Shown in pieces: positions 18,484-27,473 of a stretch of 64,000 nucleotides of DNA. The DNA lies in the NCBI GenBank assembly GCA_015999765.1, contig JAECQR010000010.1, positions 3,048 to 67,047 on the forward strand. The letters run 5' to 3'. This stretch comes from Flavobacteriia bacterium (lineage in GTDB: Bacteria > Bacteroidota > Bacteroidia > Flavobacteriales > Weeksellaceae). The notes beneath the pieces are model-generated. The model was given only the letters and a program-made list of their open reading frames with translations, made no database searches and was not told the origin of the DNA. The translations under genes and the position numbers were made by a program. Within the stretch, counting starts at the first letter, position 1; every line of letters begins with the position of its first letter.

Positions 18484-19494
18484 ATGGATAAAACATTTGA
18501 CATACATTCCCTGAACGGGAAAACGGTCGTAATTACCGGAGCCAGCAGTGGAATAGGGCGTGCGGCAGCAGAGGCCTTTGCCATCGAAGGATGTTCCGTC
18601 GTGTTGGCTGCACGCGGTGAGCCTGCGCTGGAAGAGATCCTCGAGTTGTGCCGCGGTTTGGGTGCCAGTGCAGTAGCAGTACCTACTGACGTATCGGATC
18701 CCGTGCAGGTAAAGCATCTTGCAGAGCAGGCCCTGCAGTTCAACGGCCGTATCGATATCTGGATCAACAATGCCGGAGTTATGGCTACCGGTAAATTAGA
18801 AGAAATGCCGGTGGAAGTAGTGGAACAGGTGGTGAAGACCAATCTGCTGGGCTATCTTTTTGCTGCCCATACTGTTCTTCCGATTTTTAAAAAACAGGAA
18901 GAAGGAGTGCTTATCAATAACATATCCATTGGCGGTTGGATGCCCGCGCCTTACGGCGCAGCATACTCTGCCTCGAAATATGGTGCAAGGGGAATGGTAG
19001 AAGCACTTCAGGGCGAGGTGTCAGATTTTCCCAATATCCACGTCTGTGCACTTTATCCCGGCATTCAGCGTTCAACAGGCAATATGCATTCGGCAAAATA
19101 CTCAGGTTTTTCCTCTAAAATACCTCCGCTTTCCTTCGATCCGCGCGAACTCGCCGCAAAGATGGTGAAGACGGCGAAGCATCCGAAAAAAACGAATTAT
19201 ACCGACTGGACTTCCTTCTTGTTGAAAAATCTTTACGGGGTTTTTCCGAAAGTAATGGTTAACAGTATGTCCGCGGGAATGAGGCTGATGATGAAGAATT
19301 CTGATCCATCTGAAACCAACGGAAACGTATTGGTTCCCTCTGGTGAACCGCACCGGATTTATGGGGAAACCATGATTCCGCCGCCTTCTCCCACCACTAA
19401 AAAACTGATGTTTGCAGCATCTTTGGCAGCAGCAGCAGTAATGCTCTTCAGGCATTCGAAAGAACCCAACACTAAACCTAAACATTTAAAATAA
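18484..19494 (+). CDS. SDR family oxidoreductase
   Basis: VVITGASSGIG, WINNAG, YSASK; start moved to ATG 18484. Confidence 0.92.
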   Translation: MDKTFDIHSLNGKTVVITGASSGIGRAAAEAFAIEGCSVVLAARGEPALEEILELCRGLGASAVAVPTDVSDPVQVKHLAEQALQFNGRIDIWINNAGVMATGKLEEMPVEVVEQVVKTNLLGYLFAAHTVLPIFKKQEEGVLINNISIGGWMPAPYGAAYSASKYGARGMVEALQGEVSDFPNIHVCALYPGIQRSTGNMHSAKYSGFSSKIPPLSFDPRELAAKMVKTAKHPKKTNYTDWTSFLLKNLYGVFPKVMVNSMSAGMRLMMKNSDPSETNGNVLVPSGEPHRIYGETMIPPPSPTTKKLMFAASLAAAAVMLFRHSKEPNTKPKHLK

Positions 19495-19499
19495 AAAAT

Positions 19500-20666
19500 A
19501 TGAAAGCAGCCGTATTTCACAGTCCCGGGAAAATAACCTGCGACGAAACAGAAGACCCGAAAATAGAAGCTCAGGATGATGTAATTCTGAAAGTAACTTC
19601 CACTGCCATCTGCGGTAGTGATCTCCACATGTATTCCGGTGGTATTCCCCAGGCCCGTCCTATGGTGATGGGACATGAATTTATGGGGATCGTAGAAGAG
19701 ACAGGAAGTAATGTCCACGGTTTGAAAGTAGGTGACCGTGTTGTGGTACCTTTCCCAATCGCCTGTGGGGGGTGTTTTTTCTGCGACCACGATCTTCCGG
19801 GTCACTGTGAAAACAGCAATCCGGATATGTATGGACCCGAAGGCGGAATCCTGACTGAAAAGGGTGGAGGCATGTTTGGCTACAGCGATCTGTACGGAGG
19901 TTACAACGGCGGGCAGGCCCAGTATGTCCGTGTCCCTTTCGCCAATACAGGACCACGAAAAGTGCCGGACCATCTTACCGATTCTCAGGTTCTCTTTCTC
20001 ACTGATATTTTCCCTACGGGCTATACCGGAGTAATGTGGGGCGAACTGAAAGGAGGGGAGACCGTTGCTGTTTTCGGTGCCGGACCTGTAGGAGTGATGG
20101 CAGCAAAAAGTGCGGTACTTCACAATGCTTCAAAAATAATTGTAATCGATACGCTGCAGTACCGTCTTGACCGGGTTAGAGCCCAGACCGGCTGCGAAAC
20201 CGTGCTGTGGAAAAATGCCAAGGACACCATAGAGGAAATCCGCCATCTGACTCAGGGTCGCGGTGCGGATCTCTGTATTGATGCAGTAGGTTTTGAGCCG
20301 GAGCGCAATATTGTAGACCGGGTAAAAGCCACGGTAAATTTCGAGAAGGGAAGCATAAAGGTATTGGATGCCTGCTTCAGTGCTGCAAGAAGGGGAGGAA
20401 GAATTTCCATCCTCGGGGTTTATCCGGTAAATTATGACAACTTCCGTTTGGGGCAGATTTTTGATAAAGGGCTCACTGTAAAAGCTGGGCAGGCTCCGGT
20501 TCATGCTGTTATCGATAAACTTTTGGGTTACGTTGCAGAAGGAAAAGTAGTCCTTGATGATCTGATTACTCACAGGATGTCGCTTACCGATGTCGCTAAA
20601 GGGTATGAGATCTTCGATAAAAAAGAGGACGGTTGCGTCAAAGTGGTGCTTGACCCATGGAAATAA
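19500..20666 (+). CDS. Zinc-dependent alcohol dehydrogenase (glutathione-independent formaldehyde dehydrogenase-like)
   Basis: AICGSDLH, MGHEFMG, CGGCFFC...GHC, VFGAGPVG. Confidence 0.92.
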   Translation: MKAAVFHSPGKITCDETEDPKIEAQDDVILKVTSTAICGSDLHMYSGGIPQARPMVMGHEFMGIVEETGSNVHGLKVGDRVVVPFPIACGGCFFCDHDLPGHCENSNPDMYGPEGGILTEKGGGMFGYSDLYGGYNGGQAQYVRVPFANTGPRKVPDHLTDSQVLFLTDIFPTGYTGVMWGELKGGETVAVFGAGPVGVMAAKSAVLHNASKIIVIDTLQYRLDRVRAQTGCETVLWKNAKDTIEEIRHLTQGRGADLCIDAVGFEPERNIVDRVKATVNFEKGSIKVLDACFSAARRGGRISILGVYPVNYDNFRLGQIFDKGLTVKAGQAPVHAVIDKLLGYVAEGKVVLDDLITHRMSLTDVAKGYEIFDKKEDGCVKVVLDPWK

Positions 20667-20857
20667 CTTCCCAATCTTTCATAAAATATTTTCCGCGCAT
20701 ACAAAAAAAATCAATAATTTTAGAATAACAATTCATCCTGCAGGTTCTGCTGGGTGAAGCTCTTTTATTAATTTCAAAATAAGGTGAAATTTCCGCGAGG
20801 GGCTGGGAGAACAGGTGGGAGGAAAATCCAACTGACGTTTTTAAAATATTTACAGAG

Positions 20858-21597
20858 ATGCCCAGTAAAAACCAACAGATCCGGGAACTCAGTTTTCACA
20901 TTGAACTTCTGGAGAATTATTTCAGAAATACAATTATTCCGCAGCTCTTTATTGATGGTACGCTGCGGCTTCAGAAATTTTCTCTTCCCGCGATGAAGCA
21001 GTTCAGTCTTGCAGATTCAGATATCGGCAGGCCGATTGAAGAGATTAAGGATAATTTCCGGTTTCCTTCCATCATTGATAATATTAAGAAGGTAACCGAT
21101 ACCGGTGAGATACTCGAAAAAGAAATTCAGACCTTGGACCGGCGGTGGTATCAGATGAATATTTTTCCTTATATCCTCCTTCAGGCCAAGAAGACAGAGG
21201 GGGTAATTGTTACTTTTGTGGAAATTACTGCGATGATCGAAGAGCTAAGGGTGCAGAAGAAACTGGTTGCTGACTACGAAATTCTGATACGATTTGTCAC
21301 GACATTAAAAATCCCCTAACCAATCTCGTATTGGCTGTAGGGCTGCTTAAAAAAACTAAACCTGTCGAAACCAAAAAATATAATTCTCTGCTTGAAACTG
21401 TCGATAATGCCTTATGTAAAATGCATGCGCTGATTAATGATCTTGCCGCTGAAAGAAAAAACTGCTATGATATATTCGGAGGGGAAGAACTTCTCAGTAT
21501 TGAAAATATACTGGAAGATGTCCACAGTATTCTCAGCGATAATATAACTGAGACCGGGGCTATGATTCAAACTAATATTAATGTTCGGGAGAATTGA
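20858..21597 (+). pseudogene. PAS-domain sensor histidine kinase, frameshifted and lacking the HATPase domain
   Basis: PAS fragment (20858-21319). A 1-nt frameshift near 21285 puts D-T-I-C-H-D-I-K-N-P-L (H-box) in the frame of ORF 21331-21597, which stops before any N/G boxes. Confidence 0.8.
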
Positions 21598-22179
21598 AAG
21601 CACGATGATGGCGAATATCGACAGAAATTCGCTTTGCCAGTTTTGGAATGATTCAAACCAAAGCCGCGAGTCTGTAAGTTACTCGCCGACCTGCTGTATT
21701 GGTTTCGCTTCGAGTCTGTTCTGAGTATTGGCGTCCTGAAGACTTCCGTAAACATGAAGTACAAAAGACGCAGCAGCCAGCAGAAAAAGCGAGATGGTAA
21801 GCGAGTTTTTGTACAGTTTGAGCCATATACCGCCTTTTCTGAGCGGCCAGGGCGCTCCTTTACGTTCGGCAGAGGGCGTGCAGTCTACTTCATTGGGTTT
21901 TTCAATGTCCTTAGATCGGAAGAACCTTTCTGCCGCATAAAAAATCGTAAACCACACCAATAAACCCATCTGTAAAAACTCGCTTTCCCAGTTTTCGAAA
22001 GTGGCTTCAATGAAATGTCCGGAATGTAAGTATTGGTAAAAATTTACGGTTTCTCCGCCCCATTCCTGAAGGTCTTTATTATATTCCAGCAGTCCGAAAT
22101 AAATCTGTCCGCCTAAGCCCAGTAAAAACAAAAGCAGAAATACAGCAGAAAGACTGTTGTTATAAAGCCATTTTTTCAT
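21592..22179 (-). pseudogene. DUF6766 family membrane protein, nonsense-interrupted and 3'-truncated
   Basis: FENWESEFLQ motif; in-frame TAA at 21681-21679, after which LTDSRLWFESFQNWQSEFLSIFAIIVLSI continues to 21592, where it meets the kinase remnant. Confidence 0.75.
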
Positions 22180-22219
22180 TTCTATATGAAGTTACTTTGG
22201 TAAAATGAAGGGTTGGTTA

Positions 22220-22693
22220 TCATTTTTGAAGTTCCAGCGTGTTTTGCCGCTGTACTTTCACTTTAGAACTTTCGTTCCGGTATACTTCTTTGCGCAGATT
22301 GGTGCTCGAAAAACGGTGATGCCGTTCATTGAAATAAAGAACGATATTCTGTTCTTCACAGAATTTTCGGCCTGTAAAGTTTTTGTCCCTGTATTCCACG
22401 CCTATAATTCTTACATCAACGGAATACAGTTTCAAAATGTCTTCCAGATCCTGCTCTGTTGCGTAGGGAATAATTTCATCCACATATTTGCAGGCTTTAA
22501 GCTGAATATATCTTTCAACCACGGTTTGCACAGGTTTGTTTTTTTCCGGCCTGTCAATTGTGGGATCCGTCTGTAAACCTACAATAAGGTGATCGCACTG
22601 CGCTTTTGCTTCCGCAAGCATGCGGATATGTCCTGCATGCAGCAGATCAAAACAACTGAAGGTAATTCCGGTAATTTTTTTATTGGTATCCAT
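22220..22693 (-). CDS. Glycerol-3-phosphate cytidylyltransferase-like (TagD family)
   Basis: FSCFDLLHAGH (HxGH), LIVGLQTDP, YVDEIIPY, RHHRFSST. Confidence 0.88.
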   Translation of the reverse strand: MDTNKKITGITFSCFDLLHAGHIRMLAEAKAQCDHLIVGLQTDPTIDRPEKNKPVQTVVERYIQLKACKYVDEIIPYATEQDLEDILKLYSVDVRIIGVEYRDKNFTGRKFCEEQNIVLYFNERHHRFSSTNLRKEVYRNESSKVKVQRQNTLELQK

Positions 22694-22702
22694 AATAGTT
22701 GG

Positions 22703-23827
22703 TTAAATGTTTAATTCCTCTATTTCCTCAATGAATTCAGAGTGTTTATAAATTGAAAGAACGTATGCAGGATCGGGTATCCGGTTTTTTTCTTCGTCGA
22801 GATCAAAAATTCCGCACCGGCTGTAAACGCAGAGGTTGTCCCAATCGGGCCTGTCCGTAACAGGATAGATGCAGATGCCGTGAAAATCGACTCCTTCATG
22901 TGCCGCGATAATGCATTCTGCAGCAACTTCATCCAGCCATTCAGCACGGCTGTCTTCGAAATGCCCGGTTTCGGAAAGAAACATGGGTTTTTTATACCGC
23001 TGATATGCGTTGAGCAAAAGCTGATGTAAAGGTATTCTCTCGTTAGCATGATCCGGCCAGCAAAGGCTTTCGGCATCAGCTTTCCACTGGCAGTTCCAGT
23101 AATAATTGAACCCTAGAATCTCAAGATAACTTTCGTCACCTCCGAGTTCCGGACATCTTCTTCCGGCAATAATATCCATGGCTTCGAACTGGTATTCGTT
23201 GCGGATAGAAATTTCATCGGAATCGGGACCGTGTACTTTAACCAGCGGTTCCACGAGTACGATTTTACACTCGGGATCTTCCTGTTTCATTGCACGGATT
23301 CCCTGAAGTGCTGCTTTGCAAAGGTGGTATTTGATATCCCAGCCGCTGTTCACCGCAAAAGGAACAGTGCCTCTGTCGTCGCCTGAAAGCCAGGACAGAA
23401 AACTGATCTCGTTGATCGGAACTACGTATAGTATTTCGCTGCTGTGTTTCCTGAAAAACCTTACAAAAGCCCGGCAGAGTTTCTCGAACCGGTCAGCAAA
23501 ATGCGGATGGGTAGGGAAGAGCCCGTCAGGATACCCGAAATGGATAAGGTCCCAAATCTGCTGAATGCCAGTTTCTCGGGCCGCACGGATTCGGTTAAGC
23601 ACCTCGGAAAAATCATATTCTCCTTCTGTTTTCTCCACTTCGCTCCAGCATATTCCTTCGCGGACGGTATAGATGTCGAGCGAAGTCAGCAGTCTGTAAT
23701 CTCCGTGTACACGGAGATCGTGCTGGGTTTCTTTCAGGAGGTTTACTCTTTGGCCATGGCGGTTGATGTGATCAGCACATTCAAAACCACCCATCAGATA
23801 ACTTTTAAAGAACGGTGAGCTTTTCAT
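22703..23827 (-). CDS. Glycoside hydrolase, GH1-like clan GH-A TIM barrel
   Basis: MGGFECAD, WDLIHFGYP, PINEISF (acid/base), FLSETG (nucleophile); start moved to MKSSPFF 23827. Confidence 0.75.
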   Translation of the reverse strand: MKSSPFFKSYLMGGFECADHINRHGQRVNLLKETQHDLRVHGDYRLLTSLDIYTVREGICWSEVEKTEGEYDFSEVLNRIRAARETGIQQIWDLIHFGYPDGLFPTHPHFADRFEKLCRAFVRFFRKHSSEILYVVPINEISFLSWLSGDDRGTVPFAVNSGWDIKYHLCKAALQGIRAMKQEDPECKIVLVEPLVKVHGPDSDEISIRNEYQFEAMDIIAGRRCPELGGDESYLEILGFNYYWNCQWKADAESLCWPDHANERIPLHQLLLNAYQRYKKPMFLSETGHFEDSRAEWLDEVAAECIIAAHEGVDFHGICIYPVTDRPDWDNLCVYSRCGIFDLDEEKNRIPDPAYVLSIYKHSEFIEEIEELNI

Positions 23828-24950
23828 GATCTTCGCATTTTTCGGTCTCCAGAGTGGCAAATAAATCCAGTGCGTTTTTAAAAGCCTGGTCCATATTGAA
23901 ATATTTGTAATTGGCGAGTCTGCCTACAAAATAAATATCCTTCAGCTGATCTGCATGCTTTTTATATTCTTTGTAGATGCGTTGGTTTTTCTCGTTTGGT
24001 ACAGGGTAATACGGTTCGCCTTCATCCACCGTATATTCTTTCACGATGCTTGTTTTGGGTGATTTCTGATTTCCGAAATGTTTGTATTCGACAATTCTGG
24101 TGAAATCCACATCCTGTCCGGGATAGTTAACCACAGAGTTTTCCTGGAAATATTCCTGATCCAGATGTTCGGTGACAAAATTAATGGAGCGGTATTCCAG
24201 TTTTTCCGGCATCCGGTCTTTAAACTCAAAGAAACGGTCAACCGGTCCTGTATAGAATAATTTCCCGAAATCTTCCAGCTGATCTTTGATATCGAAATAA
24301 TCGGTGTTCAGCAATACCGTGATATTGGGATGGTCGAGCATTTTCTCAAACATTTGGGTATATCCACCCTTTGGCAATGCCTGATATCGGTCTGAAAAAT
24401 AACGGTCGTCATGATTGTACCGCACAGGAATTCTCTCCAGAACTGAGGCGTGAAGCTCTTCAGGAAATTTATCCCACTGTTTTTTGGTGTAGTGCTTAAA
24501 CATTTTTTCGTACAGCACGGGACCTACTCGGTTAAGCACGGCTTCTTCACCGTTTTTGGCTCTTTCAAAAGGAATTCGGTTTTCAGCAAGCCAGGTCTGC
24601 ATTTCTTCTTCGGTTTCAAGGTTCTGGTCAAACAGAATATTTACGGTTCGGATATTCACCGGAATTGGGACGGTTTTGTCGTCAACGCGGGCGATAACCC
24701 GGTGTTCCCAGGGATACCATTCAGAGAAACGGTTCACGTATTTCCATACTTCTTCGTCATTGGTATGAAAAAGATGAGCGCCATATTTTGACACCAGAAT
24801 TCCGTTTTCGTCATATTCATCATAACAGTTACCGGCGATATGGTCTCTTTTTTCGATAACCAAAACTTTTTTTCCGGCAGAAGCGTAACGTTCAGCCAGT
24901 GTTGCGCCGGAAATTCCGGCACCTATAATGAGGATATCTATCTTTTTCAT
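23805..24950 (-). CDS. glf: UDP-galactopyranose mutase
   Basis: IIGAGISG, RDHIAGNCYD, KYGAHLFHT, TKKQW, EPYYPV, GRLANYKYFNMDQ. Confidence 0.96.
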   Translation of the reverse strand: MKKIDILIIGAGISGATLAERYASAGKKVLVIEKRDHIAGNCYDEYDENGILVSKYGAHLFHTNDEEVWKYVNRFSEWYPWEHRVIARVDDKTVPIPVNIRTVNILFDQNLETEEEMQTWLAENRIPFERAKNGEEAVLNRVGPVLYEKMFKHYTKKQWDKFPEELHASVLERIPVRYNHDDRYFSDRYQALPKGGYTQMFEKMLDHPNITVLLNTDYFDIKDQLEDFGKLFYTGPVDRFFEFKDRMPEKLEYRSINFVTEHLDQEYFQENSVVNYPGQDVDFTRIVEYKHFGNQKSPKTSIVKEYTVDEGEPYYPVPNEKNQRIYKEYKKHADQLKDIYFVGRLANYKYFNMDQAFKNALDLFATLETEKCEDHEKLTVL

Positions 24951-26032
24951 GCGATGGTTTTTTGAATGATAGCGTCCATATGGGCAGCAGTATTGTCCCA
25001 GGATGTCTTTTCGAGAATTTCAGTATAAGCTTTCTTAAAATTCTTTGCAGGACTTGTAATTGCCTTTTGGAAGTCGGTTTCATTCTCCACCAGCATAATG
25101 CAGTGACTGTAGTCGCGGACTACATCTTTTATCTTTGTGGAAATAATCGGTTTCATGGCCGACATGTATTCCAGGGTCTTGGTGGGACTGATGAAACGGG
25201 TGGAATCATTCAGTGCAAAGGGCATCATTGCCATATCAAAGCAGTGCAGGTAATCGGGGAGCTCGTCATACGATTTCATCCCCAGATAATGGATGTTATC
25301 AGCTTTTGGGAGATCCTCTTCGGAAATTTTGCACAGCGGTCCGATCATTACAAATGAAGCATCAGGAGTCCTTTCTGCGGTCCGTTTTAAAAGCTCAAGA
25401 TCAATTCTTTCGTCGATCACTCCGTAATAACCGACGATAGGTGCAGGAATATTGCGCATATCAGCCGGTTTGGTAATTTTTCGGGGTGTAGCAAAATGTT
25501 CTACGTCTACGGAACTCGGGAAGCAGAATACATTATGATGTTTTTTTGCTTTGGATTCGTAAAGTGATTTTCCTCCGGTATAAACCATATCCGCAAATGA
25601 CAGAAGAGTGTTTTCCTGTTCCAGCAGATGAGGTGATGCTCCTTTAAAAAGGGTGAGTTCATCCATGCAGTCGTAAACAACGGTTTCAAAATCAAGCTCA
25701 TTAAGCACTTCCACAAACGCCGGCGAGTAAAACCAACCTACGGTAAAAGAGGTATTGTTTAATTTTTTGCGCAGATAGGGACCGATGTCTTTCATATCAG
25801 AAACTGGCGGCTGGCATACGTGAATATTCGGATTGATCTCTTTAATCTGAAAGGGGCCTGATCCGTTGAGCCGGGTCTGTACTGGCTCTTCAACTACCAA
25901 AATGCGGTAATCGCGGGATAGGCGGGTAATCAAATGTTGCGGTCTCTGGAACACGAAGTCCCAACGGAGATGACAAAAGACGATCATGTCGTAATGGTGC
26001 GATCCTTCGTTTTGTGACGGTACGTTTTTCAT
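24947..26032 (-). CDS. Glycosyltransferase (GT-B, GT4-like)
   Basis: HLRWDFVFQRPQHL, VYDCMDEL, GYYGVIDERID, ISPTKTLEYM; start moved to 26032; ATGA overlap with glf. Confidence 0.88.
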   Translation of the reverse strand: MKNVPSQNEGSHHYDMIVFCHLRWDFVFQRPQHLITRLSRDYRILVVEEPVQTRLNGSGPFQIKEINPNIHVCQPPVSDMKDIGPYLRKKLNNTSFTVGWFYSPAFVEVLNELDFETVVYDCMDELTLFKGASPHLLEQENTLLSFADMVYTGGKSLYESKAKKHHNVFCFPSSVDVEHFATPRKITKPADMRNIPAPIVGYYGVIDERIDLELLKRTAERTPDASFVMIGPLCKISEEDLPKADNIHYLGMKSYDELPDYLHCFDMAMMPFALNDSTRFISPTKTLEYMSAMKPIISTKIKDVVRDYSHCIMLVENETDFQKAITSPAKNFKKAYTEILEKTSWDNTAAHMDAIIQKTIA

Positions 26033-26105
26033 AATAGTATATTTTAATGTTGAGTAGTCGGAACCGATGTCCCTGTGAATGGTCTGTTCTCGCAAAAAAA
26101 TATAA

Positions 26106-26126
26106 TATCACTAGAGCGTAGTGATA
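26106..26126. promoter_or_regulatory. Perfect 8-bp inverted repeat in the GT leader
   Basis: TATCACTA-GAGCG-TAGTGATA. Confidence 0.4.
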
Positions 26127-26202
26127 AAAGATATTAGATGGTAAAACCGGAGAGGCATTTAAAAGTAAAAATCCTGCCGCTATCTAATTGCCGAATAATC
26201 AA

Positions 26203-26216
26203 CAAAAAAGGTGCCA
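26203..26216 (-). promoter_or_regulatory. Sigma-54-like -24/-12 promoter for the GT-glf operon
   Basis: Minus strand TGGCACCTTTTTTG (TGGCAC-N5-TTG). Confidence 0.6.
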
Positions 26217-26360
26217 ATAAATATTTGATATAACGAAAAAAGGATATGACTTCTTAAGTCCTAATAAATGCGCTTTTATGTTGTTTATTTATAATTCGCA
26301 ATGATAGTTTTACACCTGCAGAGAGTTTACAGGTGTAAGTATTTTTAATAAATCGGGAAT

Positions 26361-26591
26361 CTAATTTTCTAAACCCGATTGGTTAGTATTTTCCTTCTTC
26401 GTCTGCTGTGGCGGCATAGCCGTTGAGGCGTTGATGCTGTCGCCCATAATCGAATCCCTTTCGCGGTTCTGAATCAGGTCACGTTCTGTCTCCGCATAGT
26501 CGGCGGGGGCGGTATTCTGGGGTTTATCGTTTTGTGAGCATGCAGAGAGAAAGACGATTCCCAGTGCTGCCATAACTGTTGGATATTTCAT
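26361..26591 (-). CDS. Small lipoprotein
   Basis: MKYPTVMAALGIVFLSAC lipobox; polar low-complexity tail. Confidence 0.75.
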   Translation of the reverse strand: MKYPTVMAALGIVFLSACSQNDKPQNTAPADYAETERDLIQNRERDSIMGDSINASTAMPPQQTKKENTNQSGLEN

Positions 26592-26678
26592 ATATTATTT
26601 TTTAAATGTTTAATGTTATAAATGATTACAGGTACAAAACTTGGATAGGGTTAGCATATTTATTATTGGATAGCAGGT

Positions 26679-26707
26679 AAAAAAAAAGCAAGCAAAGTGC
26701 TTGCTTT
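26679..26707 (-). terminator. Rho-independent terminator after DUF892
   Basis: AAAGCAAGCA/TGCTTGCTTT hairpin with a U tract on the minus strand. Confidence 0.7.
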
Positions 26708-26719
26708 ATCATGTTATAA

Positions 26720-27409
26720 TTAATCCATATCATCATCCTCATCCTCCTCTTCGTCGTCTTCCTCGTCCGCAGCACGGAAATTAATTGAAGATTCAGCAAT
26801 GTCGGTAAGATCGAGATCGGTTTCTTCCTCTTCTTCCAGCGTCTGGTGCAGCAGATCCGCAGCTCTGTCTAACTGCAGGGTTTCTGCTAATGCTACCAGC
26901 CCTCCATATGACGCAATTTCATAATGTTCTACTTTCTGAGCGGCGATGATTAGCGCTGCATCTCTGGTCATGGTTCCTTCCTCGGTTTCTTTGATGATGT
27001 TTTCACCCTCTTTTACGATACCGATGATGGCATCACATTTTTTGGCTTCCGGACTTTCTCCGATTGATTTAAATACTTTTTCAAGCCTTGAAACCTGTTT
27101 CTGGGTGACCAAATGATGGTCTTCGAAAGCATCCTGAAGATCCTCGGTGGTTGCAGCTTCCTTCATTTTCGGCAATGCTTCGAGGATGTGTTTTTCCGCG
27201 AAATACATATCTTTCAGTCCGTCGAGAAAAAATTTGTAAAGGGCACCTTCTTTAGTTGCTTCCTGGCTGTAATCACGGTTTCCGGAACTGTTGCCCGTCA
27301 TTCCGTTTTGACTGGTGGTTGTCCGGGATCCCGCAGTACTTTTCTTAACTGCTGTTTTCGTTGCTTCTGCAGTGGAAGTTCCCACTGCTTTTGTTTTATC
27401 TGATTCCAT
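26720..27409 (-). CDS. Ferritin-like DUF892 (YciE/YciF) protein, with N-terminal extension and acidic tail
   Basis: FFLDGLKDMYFAEKHI, AAQKVEHYEIASYG, TLEEEEETD; start moved to MESDK 27409. Confidence 0.92.
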   Translation of the reverse strand: MESDKTKAVGTSTAEATKTAVKKSTAGSRTTTSQNGMTGNSSGNRDYSQEATKEGALYKFFLDGLKDMYFAEKHILEALPKMKEAATTEDLQDAFEDHHLVTQKQVSRLEKVFKSIGESPEAKKCDAIIGIVKEGENIIKETEEGTMTRDAALIIAAQKVEHYEIASYGGLVALAETLQLDRAADLLHQTLEEEEETDLDLTDIAESSINFRAADEEDDEEEDEDDDMD

Positions 27410-27473
27410 AATATTTCTATTTAATGTGGTAAGGAAAAAGGACCGACCATAAAAGCCGGCCCTTATTAGTTTA

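Noticed and set aside
22703-23827. Amine oxidase interpretation of the ORF next to glf
   Set aside because: No FAD-binding GxGxxG or copper-oxidase motif; the NE and ETG glutamate motifs fit a clan GH-A hydrolase.
26630-26643. AGGTACAAAACTTG sigma-54-like match
   Set aside because: It points away from the lipoprotein gene and antisense into DUF892. Treated as a chance hit or relic, and kept as a caveat on motif specificity.
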